Below are positions 35,330 through 48,069 of a DNA stretch of 64,000 nt, piece by piece. The stretch lies in NCBI GenBank assembly GCA_038087875.1, contig CM075980.1:66464001-66528000 (forward strand), in the 5' to 3' direction. Position 1 is the first letter of the stretch; the number at the start of each line of letters is the position of its first letter. Position numbers and translations under genes: made by a program. The notes beneath the pieces are model-generated. The model was not told where the DNA came from. It was given only the letters and a program-made list of their open reading frames with translations, and made no database searches. Origin of the DNA: Malacoraja senta (taxonomy: Eukaryota).

Positions 35330-36900
35330 GTTTTAAAATGTGGAAACAGCTGTTGGAGCGCTGGAGTGCCCCTCCCGCCCAGAGTGGCCCGTCCTGCCTT
35401 GCGAACTGCCATTGGAGCGCTGGAGTGCCCCTCCCTCCTGCGGTGGCCGCTTCTGCCTTGCGAGTGCAGTGTGACGTCACTTGGATTTAATCTGGAAACT
35501 GCCGTTGCCCCAGAGCACAGGAGTGGCCCGTCCTGCCTTGCGAGTGCATTGTGACGTCACTCGGAAGTTTTTTTTATCCAAAATGGGTGAGTTTGAAGAA
35601 ATCAGGCTGTTTTTTAAATTTCAACGATTAATAACTTTGAAAATATAGGTGGAAATGCGACGGGAAGATGTTTATCACCACCACGGGAAAAATGTGAGTA
35701 GGATGTGTGAAAATGGGTAGGGTGTGTGAAAATGGGAAGGCCGTGGCCTAGCATTTGGAAGAAGATAGGAATTAACCAGATTGACACAGACGGCCACACA
35801 CACACATCGTGGGAACAAAGACGAAGACTTTTAGTTTTAGAGACTAGACCAAGGGGGACCCATTGGGTCCCGCCTCTTAACGCGCGGTTGCGGAGGGGGG
35901 TGCTTGCGGCATCACACACATTAACCACCCTCCCCCCCCCCACACGCACTCAAACTAACCACCCCGCTTGATATATTTAATTTTATTCATAGCAGCGTAT
36001 GAGATTCCATTGCGCGATTGGACTGTGAGATGCCATTGTGATGTCATCACTGGAAGCTGCCAGAAAAATCTCAATGCAGTCAGTTGTTCTTCTCAAAGTT
36101 GTTTTTTTTTAAACTTCATTCATCAATAATGTGAAATATAGCATCAAATCTGAAGGGAGCCTCATTATGGCGTGGACGGGATAAATGTGAGTAAGAATGT
36201 GGAACCATTTCAGCGCTCTCGCGTAGCGTTTTGACGAAGATACAAAAACAGACACACATACATACAAGATGACTTTTATAAGTATACTTGACCAAATGCA
36301 GACCCGTTCCCCAGGTCTGCTCCCCCAACGCAATATTCCATCACTCACCTGTTCCAACGCAACTCATTGCCCCAACGCAATATTCTACACCTTTTCTCTC
36401 CTCTCCCCCTCCGATCCTCGGCAGTGAAATAATGCTGGAGACGGGGTGGGGGGTAAGTGAATGGGTCGGGGTCCGGGGGGGTGAATCAACCCGTGTGGGG
36501 GTCGGGGTCCAGGGGGGGTGAATCAACCCGTGAGGGGGTCGGGGTCCAGGGGGGGAATGAATCACAGTGCGGCTGCAGAGATGGGGCCAAGGGCAGCTGT
36601 GGACGGACAGCGCTGACCCCGGGGGGGAAGAGTGGGGGCTGTCCGAGGGATCCACTCCTTCAGCCGCTTACACCGAGTGTCTGAGTGTCCCTTGGTGCTC
36701 GGGTTCAGACCGCTCAGTCACCCTCCAGCCCCAGGCGGTCGTGGGCCGGGACTTGCACTCAATTCGCTGGCATGCTGCTTTCGCGAGTCAGTCACGAAGC
36801 ACATTTGTATCTTCTCTGTCCGTGAGCAGCAATGATGTAGGCGTTTTTTACGAGGTAAGAACGTACGTGTTGCGTGTGTGGTACTGCAGATGGCTTGAGC
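35330..36900 (-). mobile_element. Second stack of non-autonomous Helitrons
   Basis: GGACCCAATGGGTCC hairpin plus CTAG at 35844 abutting a TCTCTAAAAC head. A mutated end at 36287. 36000-36110 is homologous to 1920-2030. Confidence 0.65.
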
Positions 36901-37239
36901 GACATTTTAACTTACTAACACCAATCAATAAACATGTTCTAGCTCAAATGATAACAGTCCAGTGCTTCAATTAACCAAGTATGGAAGCATGATCTCTGGA
37001 ATGAAGATTGAATTGCAGGGGAGGAGGAGTTATGGAAACGTAATATTCAAAATTCTCGTCACATTGCTGTTTAAGCTTTTTCCTGAGACAGCATATTATT
37101 TCAGCGTGTTATACAACTATTGCTTTTATGTCTTTAGTTTAGAGTTCCACCAGGAGGAGGAGTTATGGAAAAATTGGTATTCTAAGTTGGACTTTAAAAT
37201 ATTGATGAATAATAATGTCCAGGATCCAGAATAGAATTC

Positions 37240-37940
37240 CAGAGGAGGAGGAGTTATGGAAAGACAAGTCTTCAAAATCAGTAGCATCAGTGTACCCACC
37301 AAAGCCAAAGAACGGGAGTTTGATATGAGCAAGAACATCCGCCGAGTTCCCCCCTTTAGTGAGAAGGATGTGGACAAGTTTTTCAGTGTTTGAACGGGTG
37401 GCTTTGTCCTTGAAGTGGCCTAGGGAAGTGTGGACCTTGCTATTGCAGTGTGTCCTTGTGGGTAAAGCACGGGAGGTGTACTCGTCTTTGTCTGTTGAAA
37501 GCAGTCTGGACTATAAGTGTGTGAAGTCTACAGTATTAAGGGCTTATGAATTAGTTCGAGGCGTACCGGCAGAAATTCCGGCGCTTTAGGAAGTTTGATA
37601 GTCAGACTTATGTGGAGTTTGCTAGGGAGAAGGCGGCACTTTTTGACAGGTGGTGCGCTTCTCAAGGAGTGAAGGATATTGGGCAACTGCAGGCCTTGAT
37701 GATTATGGAAGACTTTAAGAACTGTCTCCCTGAGAGGGTTACTACTTATCTTAATGAGCAGAAGGTGAATGAGGTGTCTAAGGCAGATGAGTATGTATTG
37801 ACTCATAAAACTGATTTTGTTGGGCGATCCTATAGTTTTGGTGCACAGCCAGTTGATCGTGGTGGTGTCGCCGGTGGCAGTGTCAAAGGTGTTTCTGTGC
37901 CTGCAAGTGGCAGCACGTTGATACAGGGGGAGGTCTGAGC
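37240..37940 (+). pseudogene. Gmr1-like Gypsy gag (SCAN-related) remnant
   Basis: VPPFSEKDVDK..FERVA..LKWP..W.LLLQ..LVGKA..DY..VK..VL.AYEL..FDRWC..MEDFKNCLP. Confidence 0.8.
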
Positions 37941-38281
37941 TGATAAGGTTGACGGAAATTTGAGGAGCAGCATCAGGCCTCTTCAGTTCGTTTAGGATAA
38001 CTGAAAAAATAATCCAGATTTCATTACTAAGTGGTAGGTCGCCAAGGAACACTCGAAACCCAGTCCAAGATCTGTACAATTACTTACTATGATTCCGATG
38101 CTTTGCAGTTCATCGCTCGGGTACAGCTCTCTTATCCAGATTCCTTAATTTTTAAGTCAAAGGAAAATTGGCACCAGATGCTGCACCAGATTAAAACTGC
38201 AGAATCTTTATCCCATCACTTTGAATGGGAATGTTAGTCCTGTAAGATATAAGCACAAGCAACAATGTTGGTTACAGCTTA

Positions 38282-39240
38282 ATTTTACTTCGGAGTCACG
38301 TGAGTGACTACATGAAGACCCCGTCAGCCCACATGCGGTAAGTTTTAAAAGACCTGCAGGTAAGTTCTTGAACTTAGTCTGCGGTCGTTTTTCCTTCGTT
38401 CTTGTTGCAGATTCAAGAACGGACCATGGATAAGGCGAGGGTGAAGTCCAGACGGGCCGCGGGGAGAACCGCTTCAGAAGCGGGCGGCCGTCAGTTTCAC
38501 CAGCACAGTCGACCCTGTTGGTTCGCCTCCTCCAGCGGGGAGCGCCTTCGGACGTCTTTCCCGAGTGGAGCATCTTATGGAGAAGATGCTACAGCATGAT
38601 AGACTCCACGGACGGGAGTCATATCAGAGCGGGTCTCGGGGGCCCGTAGCAGCGCCTGGTGCAGGGCTGCGTTATATCTCCCTATCCGAAGAAGGGAGCG
38701 TAGGCCGGCAGTCCTGGGCGGACTCGCACTTCAGCGAGATGCCGGTGGAACGTCCCGCGACCTGCCAGAAGCAGAGGTACTCACCATGGTGTCCAAATTC
38801 GCGATGCCGTCGCTGGTTGGGGAGCATTAATTACCTCGCTTCTCACCAGCTTCTAGAGCAGGTGATGGTGCAGACAACCATGAAGTACCACACGTCCAGC
38901 AACTGCGCCTCGCTCAAGGTACCTGCTGTGAATAGTTCCATTTGGAGCTACATTGGTGGAGGCATGAAGACCTAAGAGGTCAAACTGCAGAGAATCCCGA
39001 ACTTGCTGGCGTCGGGGGTTACAGCATTCGCCAGGTCAGTAGACGGAGCAACAGGACGCAATGGCATTGTTGTGCAATGCACTTTGAAATTAATTGCTTT
39101 CGCAAGGATGCCATTCGTCCTGTACTCAACCCCAAGTTTGCGGGGTTGTGCAGGTCCAGCAACGTACAGCCGCCCAACTATTTATTTGGAGAAGCAAGTA
39201 AAGGACCTGGACGACGAGGCGAAGGCTGTGGGGCTAATTA
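38282..39240 (+). mobile_element. DIRS element 2, 5' fragment (left terminus plus gag remnant)
   Basis: ATTTTACTTCGGAGTCACGTGAGTGACTAC terminus. gag-like NCASLKVPAVNSSIW and RKDAIRPVLN. Confidence 0.75.
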
Positions 39241-41899
39241 GGGCTTTATCAGAGGTTCTATTATCTCATATCATCAAAAAAAACAGGTCAGAACAATTGG
39301 AATTAGAACAGATTAGACAGCTTGATTTAGAAAATGCTACCGATCCATCTATTGTCAAACACAAGATAGCAGTATTAAAATTCAAGTTAAATCAAATTAT
39401 TTCCGCAAGTTATTTCAATATACTAAGCAAAAAAACTTTGAATTTGGTGACAAACCACATAAACGTCTGGCACGTCAGCTGAGAAAAATGGAAAAAGATC
39501 ACACCATCCAAAAAATTAGATCAGAAAAAGGTGAGCTGCTTACACTCCCTAAAGATATCAATGAAAGATTTTTACAATTCTACCAAAATTTATACACATC
39601 TAAAACTTCAGTAGAAACTATACAGATTAAAAACTTCCTTGACAATTGCAACCTTCCGTCACTCAATGCGGTGGAACCAGAAGAATTAGGAGCGGATTAC
39701 AGTAAAAGATATTGAAGACTATTAAATCACTGAATAATGGCAAAACGCCAGGCCCAGATGGGTTCAGTAATGAATTCTATAAAAAATTTCATGAATTACG
39801 CTACCCTCGTTTACGAGCCCTCTATATACACGCATTTAAAGAACAGACGTTACCACAAACTTTAGCCGAATCAACTATTACATTGATACCCAAAAAAGAT
39901 AAAGATCTTGAAGAGCCAGGATCATATAGAGCAATAGCTCTTTTAAATACAGACCAGAAAATATTAGTTAAAACCCTGGCAAGAAGACACTCTGATCAAA
40001 CTGGGTTTATACCGAAGAGACATTCGTTCAATAACTCACACTGAACGATAAACGAAGACATCAATTATTTCGTTAGATGCAGAAAAAGCATTTGACCAAG
40101 TAGAATGGGAATATCTAACAGTATTGCAAAAATTCCAACTAGGAGAAAATTTTATTGCATGGATAAAGTTGTTATATAACAATCCGACTGCCAGAATACT
40201 GACTAATCAAACTCTTGTCACCTAAATTTCAATTATCCAGGGGCAATAGACAAGGGTGTGCTTTATCACCAATGTTATTTGCCCTTGCTATAGAACCCCT
40301 AGCTGAAAGTATGAGTACATCCGAGCATTCGTGGTTATAATACTAAATATACTAATAATAAGATTTTGTTATATGCAGACGATGTACTTTTATATATTAC
40401 CAACTCCCAAGTCAGTATCCCAAATATACTAAACCTCATAGAACAATTCGGCTCCTTCTCAGGGTATAGAATAAACTGGAACAAAAGTGAAATTATGCCG
40501 ATAAGACCCATCACATCTCCCAAATTTTCCCTTTAGAATTGCTACTGAAAAATTTAAATACCTTGGAGTCTACGTGACTAGAAAATATCCTTCTCTATTT
40601 CAAGCAAATTTTCCACTATTAATCACCAAATTAAATGCCCTTTTTCAATTTTGGAAAACACTTCTGATTTCCCTTATAGGTAGAGTAAATGCCATAAAGA
40701 TGATTTTATTTTCCTTCCACAACTCCTGTACCTATTTCAATCAATACCAAATTACCTCCCTAAAAACTTTTTTTTTTAACTCGACTCTGTGATTACATTT
40801 TATCTGGGATTATAAAACTCATAGAATTCATAAACGACATTTATGCAAACCTAAAGAAATCGGTGGACTGGCTCTCCCTTATTTTCTTCTCTATTATTGG
40901 GCAACTAATATTAAAAATTTAATTTACTGGATGGACAATACATGCCAACAAGTAAACTGGTTAAAAATGGAGAGGGAAGATTGTTTGCCTTTCAATGTAG
41001 GCGCGATTCTTCTCTCTCCAATACATCTGAAGAAATCAATGTATGAGAAAAATCCGATAATCCATAGCACCTTACGAATCTGGAAACAGTTGAAATCAAC
41101 CCTTAAATTGAGAAATTTCTCTCGCTTCTTACCAATCGCCAATAATCCCTCGTTTAAACCGTCTACTTTAGACAAGGCTTTTTCACAATGGCAAAGCCTA
41201 GGAATTAAAAAGCTGGGAGATCTTTATGAGAAGTTTCAAGAATTACAGGTGAAATATCATCCGAAAGGCAGTCATTTCTTCAGATATCTTCAAATACGAG
41301 ACTATGTGAAAATACACATGCAAGATTGTCATTCTATGGGCTCAGATATATTAGACGAATGCATGAACAGAAAGGCGGATACAAGTAAGTTAATATCCTA
41401 TTTTTACAATACCCTCTTAAATGTACATATCCCATCGTCGGAAATAATTAGGCGAGCATGGGAAGACGAATTGGGTTTAACAATTTCAAAGGATAGTTGG
41501 GAGGAAAGTCTTTTATATATACATTTTACTTCGGAGACACGTGACTACGTGAAGAACCCCGTTCAGCCGCACGTGCGTCATTACGTCAGACGCATTGTTG
41601 CAGGCGGCCGCGGTTGGAGCAGCAGAGCTCCTCCAGCAGGTAAGTTTAAAACACCTCGAGGTAAGTGGAAAACTTGGTCGCTTTCTGTGTCGGTGGTTGT
41701 TTTTTGAGTTCGACGATGCAGAAAGCAAGTAAGGTGAAGGCAAGTCGAGGCGACCCATGGCGAAAAGTGAGGACCGCGTGAGTGCGGTTACCGAGGGCCC
41801 GCCTAGTTCACCGACTTTGTCGCAAGCAGGGGGGCTTGCAACTGCAGACTCGCTGCCTGGGAGCAGCCTTGCCGCGCCGGTAGGGCGTAAGGCCACATT

Positions 41900-43135
41900 C
41901 AAGTCTGCCAGGCCTCCTCCACCATCTCTCCCCGACCCCCTCCCTCCGCCCCCTTTCACCATCTACGAGGAGGAGGTGAGGAGCATCTTCAGGGGACTTA
42001 AGAGGAATAAAGCCCCTGGCCCAGATAACATCAGCCCCTCCGTTCTCTACCACTGCGCTGCGGAACTGGCTGGGGTTTTTACCAACATCTTCAACACCTC
42101 CCTCTGTCAATGCTCAGTACCCAATTGCTTCAAAGAATCCATTATCATCCCGGTTCCCAAGACCAAGACAATCTCCTGCCTCAATGATTACAGACCCATT
42201 GCCTTGACATCGGCAGTCATGAAATCATTTGAGCGCATCATACTCAATCACTTGAAAACTGTCACCACCCCACTCATGGACCCATACCAATTCGCATACA
42301 GAGCCAACAGGTCAGTTGAGGACACCGTCAACTTAGCAACTTATCACATTCTGAACCACCTGGAGTCCGCCAACACATATGCCCGCATCCTGTTCATGGA
42401 TTTCAGCTCTGCATTCAATACAATAAACCCGGCTAAATTGTTCAATAAATTACTGGACATGAACATTGATCCATGCATTTGCCACTGGATTCACAGCTTT
42501 CTCCGGAACAGGCAACAAAGGGTGAGGATCAACAATAACTAATACTCCCCTCTGTTCCTCAGTACAGGTACACCCCAAGGCTGTGTTCTCTCACCCTGGC
42601 TATTTTCCCTTTACACAAACCAGCTCACATCCCACCACAGCTCCGTCAACCTGTACAAGTACGCGGACGACTCAACCACCATAGGATTCATCACCAACAA
42701 CCAAGAAACTGAATACCGTGCACAGGTCAACCAAGCAGTGACCTGGTGCACAGACCATGACCTCTTACTCAATTCATCAAAAACAAAAGAACTTATCATC
42801 GACCCAAGGCGCCAGCCATCCCCCAAAACTCCTGTGCTCATTAATGATGAATCCATCTCCATCACCGCCACATTCAAACTCCTTGGAACCCACATTAGCA
42901 ACAACCTCAAATGGAGGACAAACGCAGACCACATTTATGGGAAAGCCCAGCAATGACTTTTCCATCTCCGACAGCTAAGGAAGTTCAGAGTAAGATCTCA
43001 TCTCATGCTCCGCTTCTATACAGCCATCATTGAAAGCATCCTCACTTCATCCATCAGTCTGGTTCGGCAGTCTCGACTCACTCTCCCGGAAGAAATTACA
43101 GCGCATCATCAACAGAGCATCAAAAATTACAACTA
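41900..43135 (+). pseudogene. Rex1/Babar LINE RT fragment inside DIRS 3
   Basis: KAPGPD, LNDYRPIALTS, ARILFMDFSSAFNTI, GTPQGCVLSP, KYADD. Stops at 42540 and 42954. Confidence 0.88.
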
Positions 43136-43556
43136 GCTCCAGGAAGGTTTTGGTTGACCCACCTTCCATAGTTTTACAGACTGATGTCAGTGGCCTAGGT
43201 TGGGGTGCTACTGATAGGGGTACCAGCTGTGGAGGCAGATGGAATAGTGATGTGGCATCCCTTCTGCAATGGCGAGGGATCAATTATTTAGAGCTTCTGG
43301 GAACATTTTATGGGCTTCAAGCTTATTGTTTTACCAAAAGTCAGGTGCATGTGCAGGTTCAAATTGACAACACTACTGCAGTAGCATATCTGAATCATAT
43401 GGATGGAGTCAAGTCAAAAGCTTGTGATAGGTTGGCTAATCAGATCTGGAGCTGGTGTATTGACAGAAACATTTGGATTTCAGCAATCCATTTACCTGAT
43501 AGATTCAACATAGTCGCAGACACAAGGTCCCAACAATTCAATAACAACATAGAATT

Positions 43557-45941
43557 GACCCAACGAGAGAGCAGGCTATTCTAGACTGGGTATTGAGTAA
43601 TGAGGAAGGGTTAGTTAGCAGTCTTGTTGTGCGTGCCCCCTTGGGCAAGAGTGACCATAATATGGTTGAGTTCTTCATTAGGATGGAGAGTGACATTGTT
43701 AATTCAGAAACAACGGTTCTGAACTTAAAGAAAGGTAACTTTGAGGGTAGGGTATGAGACGTGAATTGGCCAAGATTGACTGACAATTAGTTCCAAAAGG
43801 GTTGACGGTGGATATGCAATGGAAGGCATTTAAAGACTGCATGGATGAACTACAAAAATTGTTCATCCCAGTTTGGCAAAAGAATAAATCAGGGAAGGTA
43901 GTGCATCCGTGGATAACAAGGGAAATCAGGGATAGTATCAAAGCAAAAGATGATGCATACAAATTAGCCAGAAAAAGCAGCATACCAGAGGACTGGGAGA
44001 AATTCAGAGACCAGCAGAGGAGGACAAGGCTTAATTAGGAAAGGGAAAATAGATTATGAAAGGAAACTGGCAGGAAACATAAAAACTGACTGCAAAAGTT
44101 TTTATAGATATGTGAAGAGAAAGAGATTAGTTAAAACAAATGTAGGTCCCTTGCAGTCAGAAACAGGTGAATTGATCATGGGGAACAAGGATATGGCGTA
44201 CCAATTGATTAACTACTTTGGTTCCGTCTACACTAAGGAAGACATAAATAATCTGCCGGAAATAGCAGGGGGCCGTGGGTCAAAGGAGATGGAGGAACTG
44301 AGTGAAATCCAGGTTAGTCGGGAAGTGGTGTTGGGTAAATTGAATGGATTAAAGGCCGATAAATCACCAGGGCCAGATAGGCTGCATCCCAGAGTACTTA
44401 AGGAAGTAGCTCCAGAAATATTGGATGCATTAGTGATAATTTTTCAAAACTCTTTAGATTCTGGAGTAGTTCCTGAGGATTGGAGGGTAGCAAACGTAAC
44501 CCCTTTTTAAGAAGGGAGGGAGAGAGAAAACGGGGAATTACAGACCAGTTAGTCTAACATCGGTAGTGGGGAAACTGCTAGAGTCCGTTATTAAAGATGG
44601 GATAGCAGCACATTTGGAAAGTGGTGAAATCATTGGACAAAGTCAGCATGGATTTGGTAAATCGTGTCTGACGAATCTTATAGAATTTTTCGAGGATATA
44701 ACTAGTAGAGTGGATAGGGGAGAACCAGTGGATGTGTTGTATCTGGACTTTCAGAAGGCTTTCGACAAGGTACCACATAAGAGATTAGGATACAAACTTA
44801 AATCACACGGTATTGGGGGTTCAGTATTGATGTGGATAGAGAACTGGCTGGCAAACAGGAAGCAAAGAGTAGGAGTAAACGGGTCCTTTTCACAATGGCA
44901 GGCAGTGACTAGTGGGGTACCGCAAGGCTCAGTGCTGGGACCCCAGCTATTTACAATTTATATTAATGAACTGGATGAGGGAATTGAAAGCAACATCTCC
45001 AAGTTTGCGGATGACACTAAGCTGGGGGGCAGTGTTAGCTGTGAGGAGGATGCTAGGAGACTGCAAGGTGACTTGGATAGGCTGGGTGAGTGGGAAAATG
45101 TTTGGCAGATGCAGTATAATGTGGATAAATGTGAGGTTATCCACTTTGGTGGCAAAAACGGGAAGGCAGACTATTATCTAAATGGTGGCCGATTAGGAAA
45201 TGGGGAGATGCAGCGAGACCTGGGTGTCATGGTACACCAGTCATTGAAAGTAGGCATGCAGGTGCAGCAGGCAGTGAAGAAAGCGAATGGTATGTTGGCC
45301 TTCATAGCAAGAGGATTTGAGTATAGGAGCAGGGAGGTTCTACTGCAGTTGTACAGGGTCTTGGTGAGACCACACCTGGAGTATTGCGTACAGTTTTGGT
45401 CTCCAAATCTGAGGAAGGACATTATAGCCATAGAGGGAGTGCAGAGAAGGTTCACCAGACTGATTCCTGGGATGTCAGGACTTTCATATGAAGAAAGACT
45501 GGATAGACTTGGCTTATACGCGCTAGAATTTAGGAGATTGAGAGGGGATCTTATAGAAACGTACAAAATTCTTATGGGGTTGGACAGGCTAGATGCAGGA
45601 AGATTGTTCCCGATGTTGGGGAAGTCCAGGACAAGGGGTCACAGCTTAAGGATAAGGGGGAAATCCTTTAAGACCGAGATGAGGAAAAACTTTTTCACAC
45701 AGAGAGTGGTGAATCTCTGGAACTCTCTGCCAGAGGGTAGTTGAGGCCAGTTCATTGGCTATATTTAAGAGGGAGTTAGATGTGGCCCTTGTGGCTAAGG
45801 GGATCAGGGGGTACGGAGAGAAGGCAGGTACGGGATACTGAGTTGGATGATCAGCCATGATCATATTGAATGGACGGTGCAGGCTCCAAGGGCCGAATGG
45901 CCTACTCCTGCACCTATTTTCTATGTATCTATGTATCTATG
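43557..45941 (+). mobile_element. 5'-truncated CR1 LINE inside DIRS 3
   Basis: ORF2 fragments (SDH, FADD) and a (TCTATGTA)n tail. Confidence 0.93.
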
Positions 45942-46326
45942 ATATATTTGAAAATGTTGTTGCTCGCTTTGGGATACCAGATATCGATTTGTTTGCATCC
46001 AGACTTAACCATCAGTTGCCTAAATATGTTTCATGGGAACCAGATCCCAGGGCAGCTGCGGTTGATGCGTTCTCGCTGCACTGGGGTGGAATGTTTATAT
46101 ATGTATTTCCTCCATTCTCTCTCGTCAGTCGATGCCTGCAAAAAATCAAGCAGGACTCCGCTTCAGGAGTATTGATGGTACCCGACTGGCCTACTCAGCC
46201 ATGGTATGCTCATGTTTTGGAGATGGCTACTTAGCCTCACATGATTGTTCCCAAACACAAAAACCTACTGGTGAATCCTGTAACTGGCGATCAGCATCCT
46301 TTACATGATCGTATTGATCTGTTCAT

Positions 46327-47290
46327 TTGCAGATTCTAAGACCATACCTGGGGAGAGGACTATCCGAGCGCACCGTGGATGTTATCACTGCAACCTGGAG
46401 GGATAGTACCCAAAAGCAGTACATCTCTTCGATAAGAAAGTGGGAGGTGTTCTGTTTACGACAGAATATTTCATATCAAAATGCAGGCATCCCAGATGTG
46501 CTAGTTTTTGTCAACTCTCTATTTCGATCAAAAGTTAAGCTATACTGCGTGCGATCAACACAGCCAGAAGTGCTGTCTTCATATTTACCCATGGTGTCAG
46601 AATTACATGCAGTGGGGACACATCCGTTAGTCTCTAGATTCATGAAGGGAGTTTTTAATTCCAATCCTCCCAAGCCCAGGTATTCGGTTATCTGGAATGT
46701 GAGCGAAGTTCTAATGCTGCTTCGCCAGTGGGCTCCTGTCACAGTCCTATCTCTAGCCAAACTCACCATGAAGGTGGTCATGCTTATGGCGTTGGTATCA
46801 GCTCAACGTGTGCAGACATTACGGATGCTGCGGCTAGACAGCATGGAGGTATCAAAAGATGCCATCATTTTTTATGTTTATGATCTGCTCAAACAGAGTA
46901 GAATAGGGGCGGACAGGGTGTAAGATTATTTTTTCGGCATACCCCAAGGATTCCCGCCTGTGTGTAGTGTCATGTTTGTCCCATTACATTGAGGTTACCA
47001 GAACTTTGAGGGTAAGAGTCAGCATTGTTCATAAGCCACAAAAACCACACAGTTTGCACCAACACCTTACTATCTCAAGGTGGCTAAAGCAGGTTCTGGT
47101 AAGCGCTGGGATTGACACTGATAATTTAAAATCTCATTCCACCAGGGCATCAAATTCTGCGGCCAGGGCGATGGACGTTCCTATAGACCATATCCTCGCG
47201 GCCGCAGGATGGTCCAGTGAACTAATGTTCCAAAGGTTTTATCATAAGCCAATTACAAGGCTGGGGGGGGGGTTTCCGATTCTGTTTTAA
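46327..47290 (+). pseudogene. DIRS tyrosine recombinase, frameshifted
   Basis: HPLVSRFMKG, SAQRVQTL, SHSTRA, AAGWSS..FQRFY. Confidence 0.9.
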
Positions 47291-48069
47291 GTTGTTATAT
47301 AGTTTTCCCCTGGGATAGAGGGGTTACTATTGTTTTCTTTGTAAATAAACCGTTAATTCGTTAAAGCAATGTTATGGTTGATGCATTATTGGTTATTTTT
47401 ATTATGTTGAGTCAATAAATGCAGTGAGAGGCCGGGTTTGAATCTGCGGCATGAAATCAGAGCTTTGAAATATTCACGTAGTCACTCACGTGACTCCGAA
47501 GTAAAATAGTAAGATGAGGAGTTACGATGAGGGACTACGTGCCCTCCACTCCCAGCCCTCATAAATGTCATCTGGTAGTTCTAGTCTTCTTTTATCTTAC
47601 TATTATACTTCAGTCACTATTACCTGTGATTTCACACCGCTGCTTTGAAGATTGACGCACGTGTGGCTGAACGGGGTTCTTCACGTGGTCCCTCATCGTA
47701 ACTCCTCATAAAATAAAGATCAAACTTCAAACTGGTAAGTTCTCGTTTAATCTTACTATTACTGTTCTCTTAATGTTAGGCACTCCCTAATACAATTTAA
47801 AATACTGCAGACTCTATTATTCAACGTCTAAATTGAACAAGATCTTCCCAAATGTCTATCTGCGATAAATGTCTCCTCCAAGAAGCGACTATAACCCATT
47901 CTTTTGTTTCCTGTACAAAATTACAAAACTTCTGGAGGGGAATTTTTTATATCTTTTCCAAAATACTTTAAACTAAATTGGATCCCGATATAAAACTGAT
48001 CACACTAGGTATGTCAGAGCCCTGTTCTGAGCTAATGATATTTCAAAGACGTTTCCTTAACTAACTGGT

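Larger units (their letters stand above)
41523..47760 (+). mobile_element. DIRS element 3, both termini and ICR present
   Basis: ATT at both ends, ICR at ~47478-47542, RNase H at 43135-43555, methyltransferase-like domain at 45940-46234, tyrosine recombinase at 46327-47290. Confidence 0.92.
39240..48060 (+). pseudogene. L1-clade ORF2 relic (39240-41522 plus 47761-48060), split by DIRS element 3
   Basis: [39 protein letters not shown]. The reading frame rejoins as ..LYIH|YCSLNVRHSLIQFKIL. Confidence 0.88.

Noticed and set aside
39003-39482. In-frame DIRS gag-L1 ORF2 fusion
   Set aside because: A single junction (1 in 3 by chance) between two heavily decayed fragments.
45940-46234. Stand-alone adenine methyltransferase gene
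   Set aside because: It is the known methyltransferase-like domain of DIRS pol.
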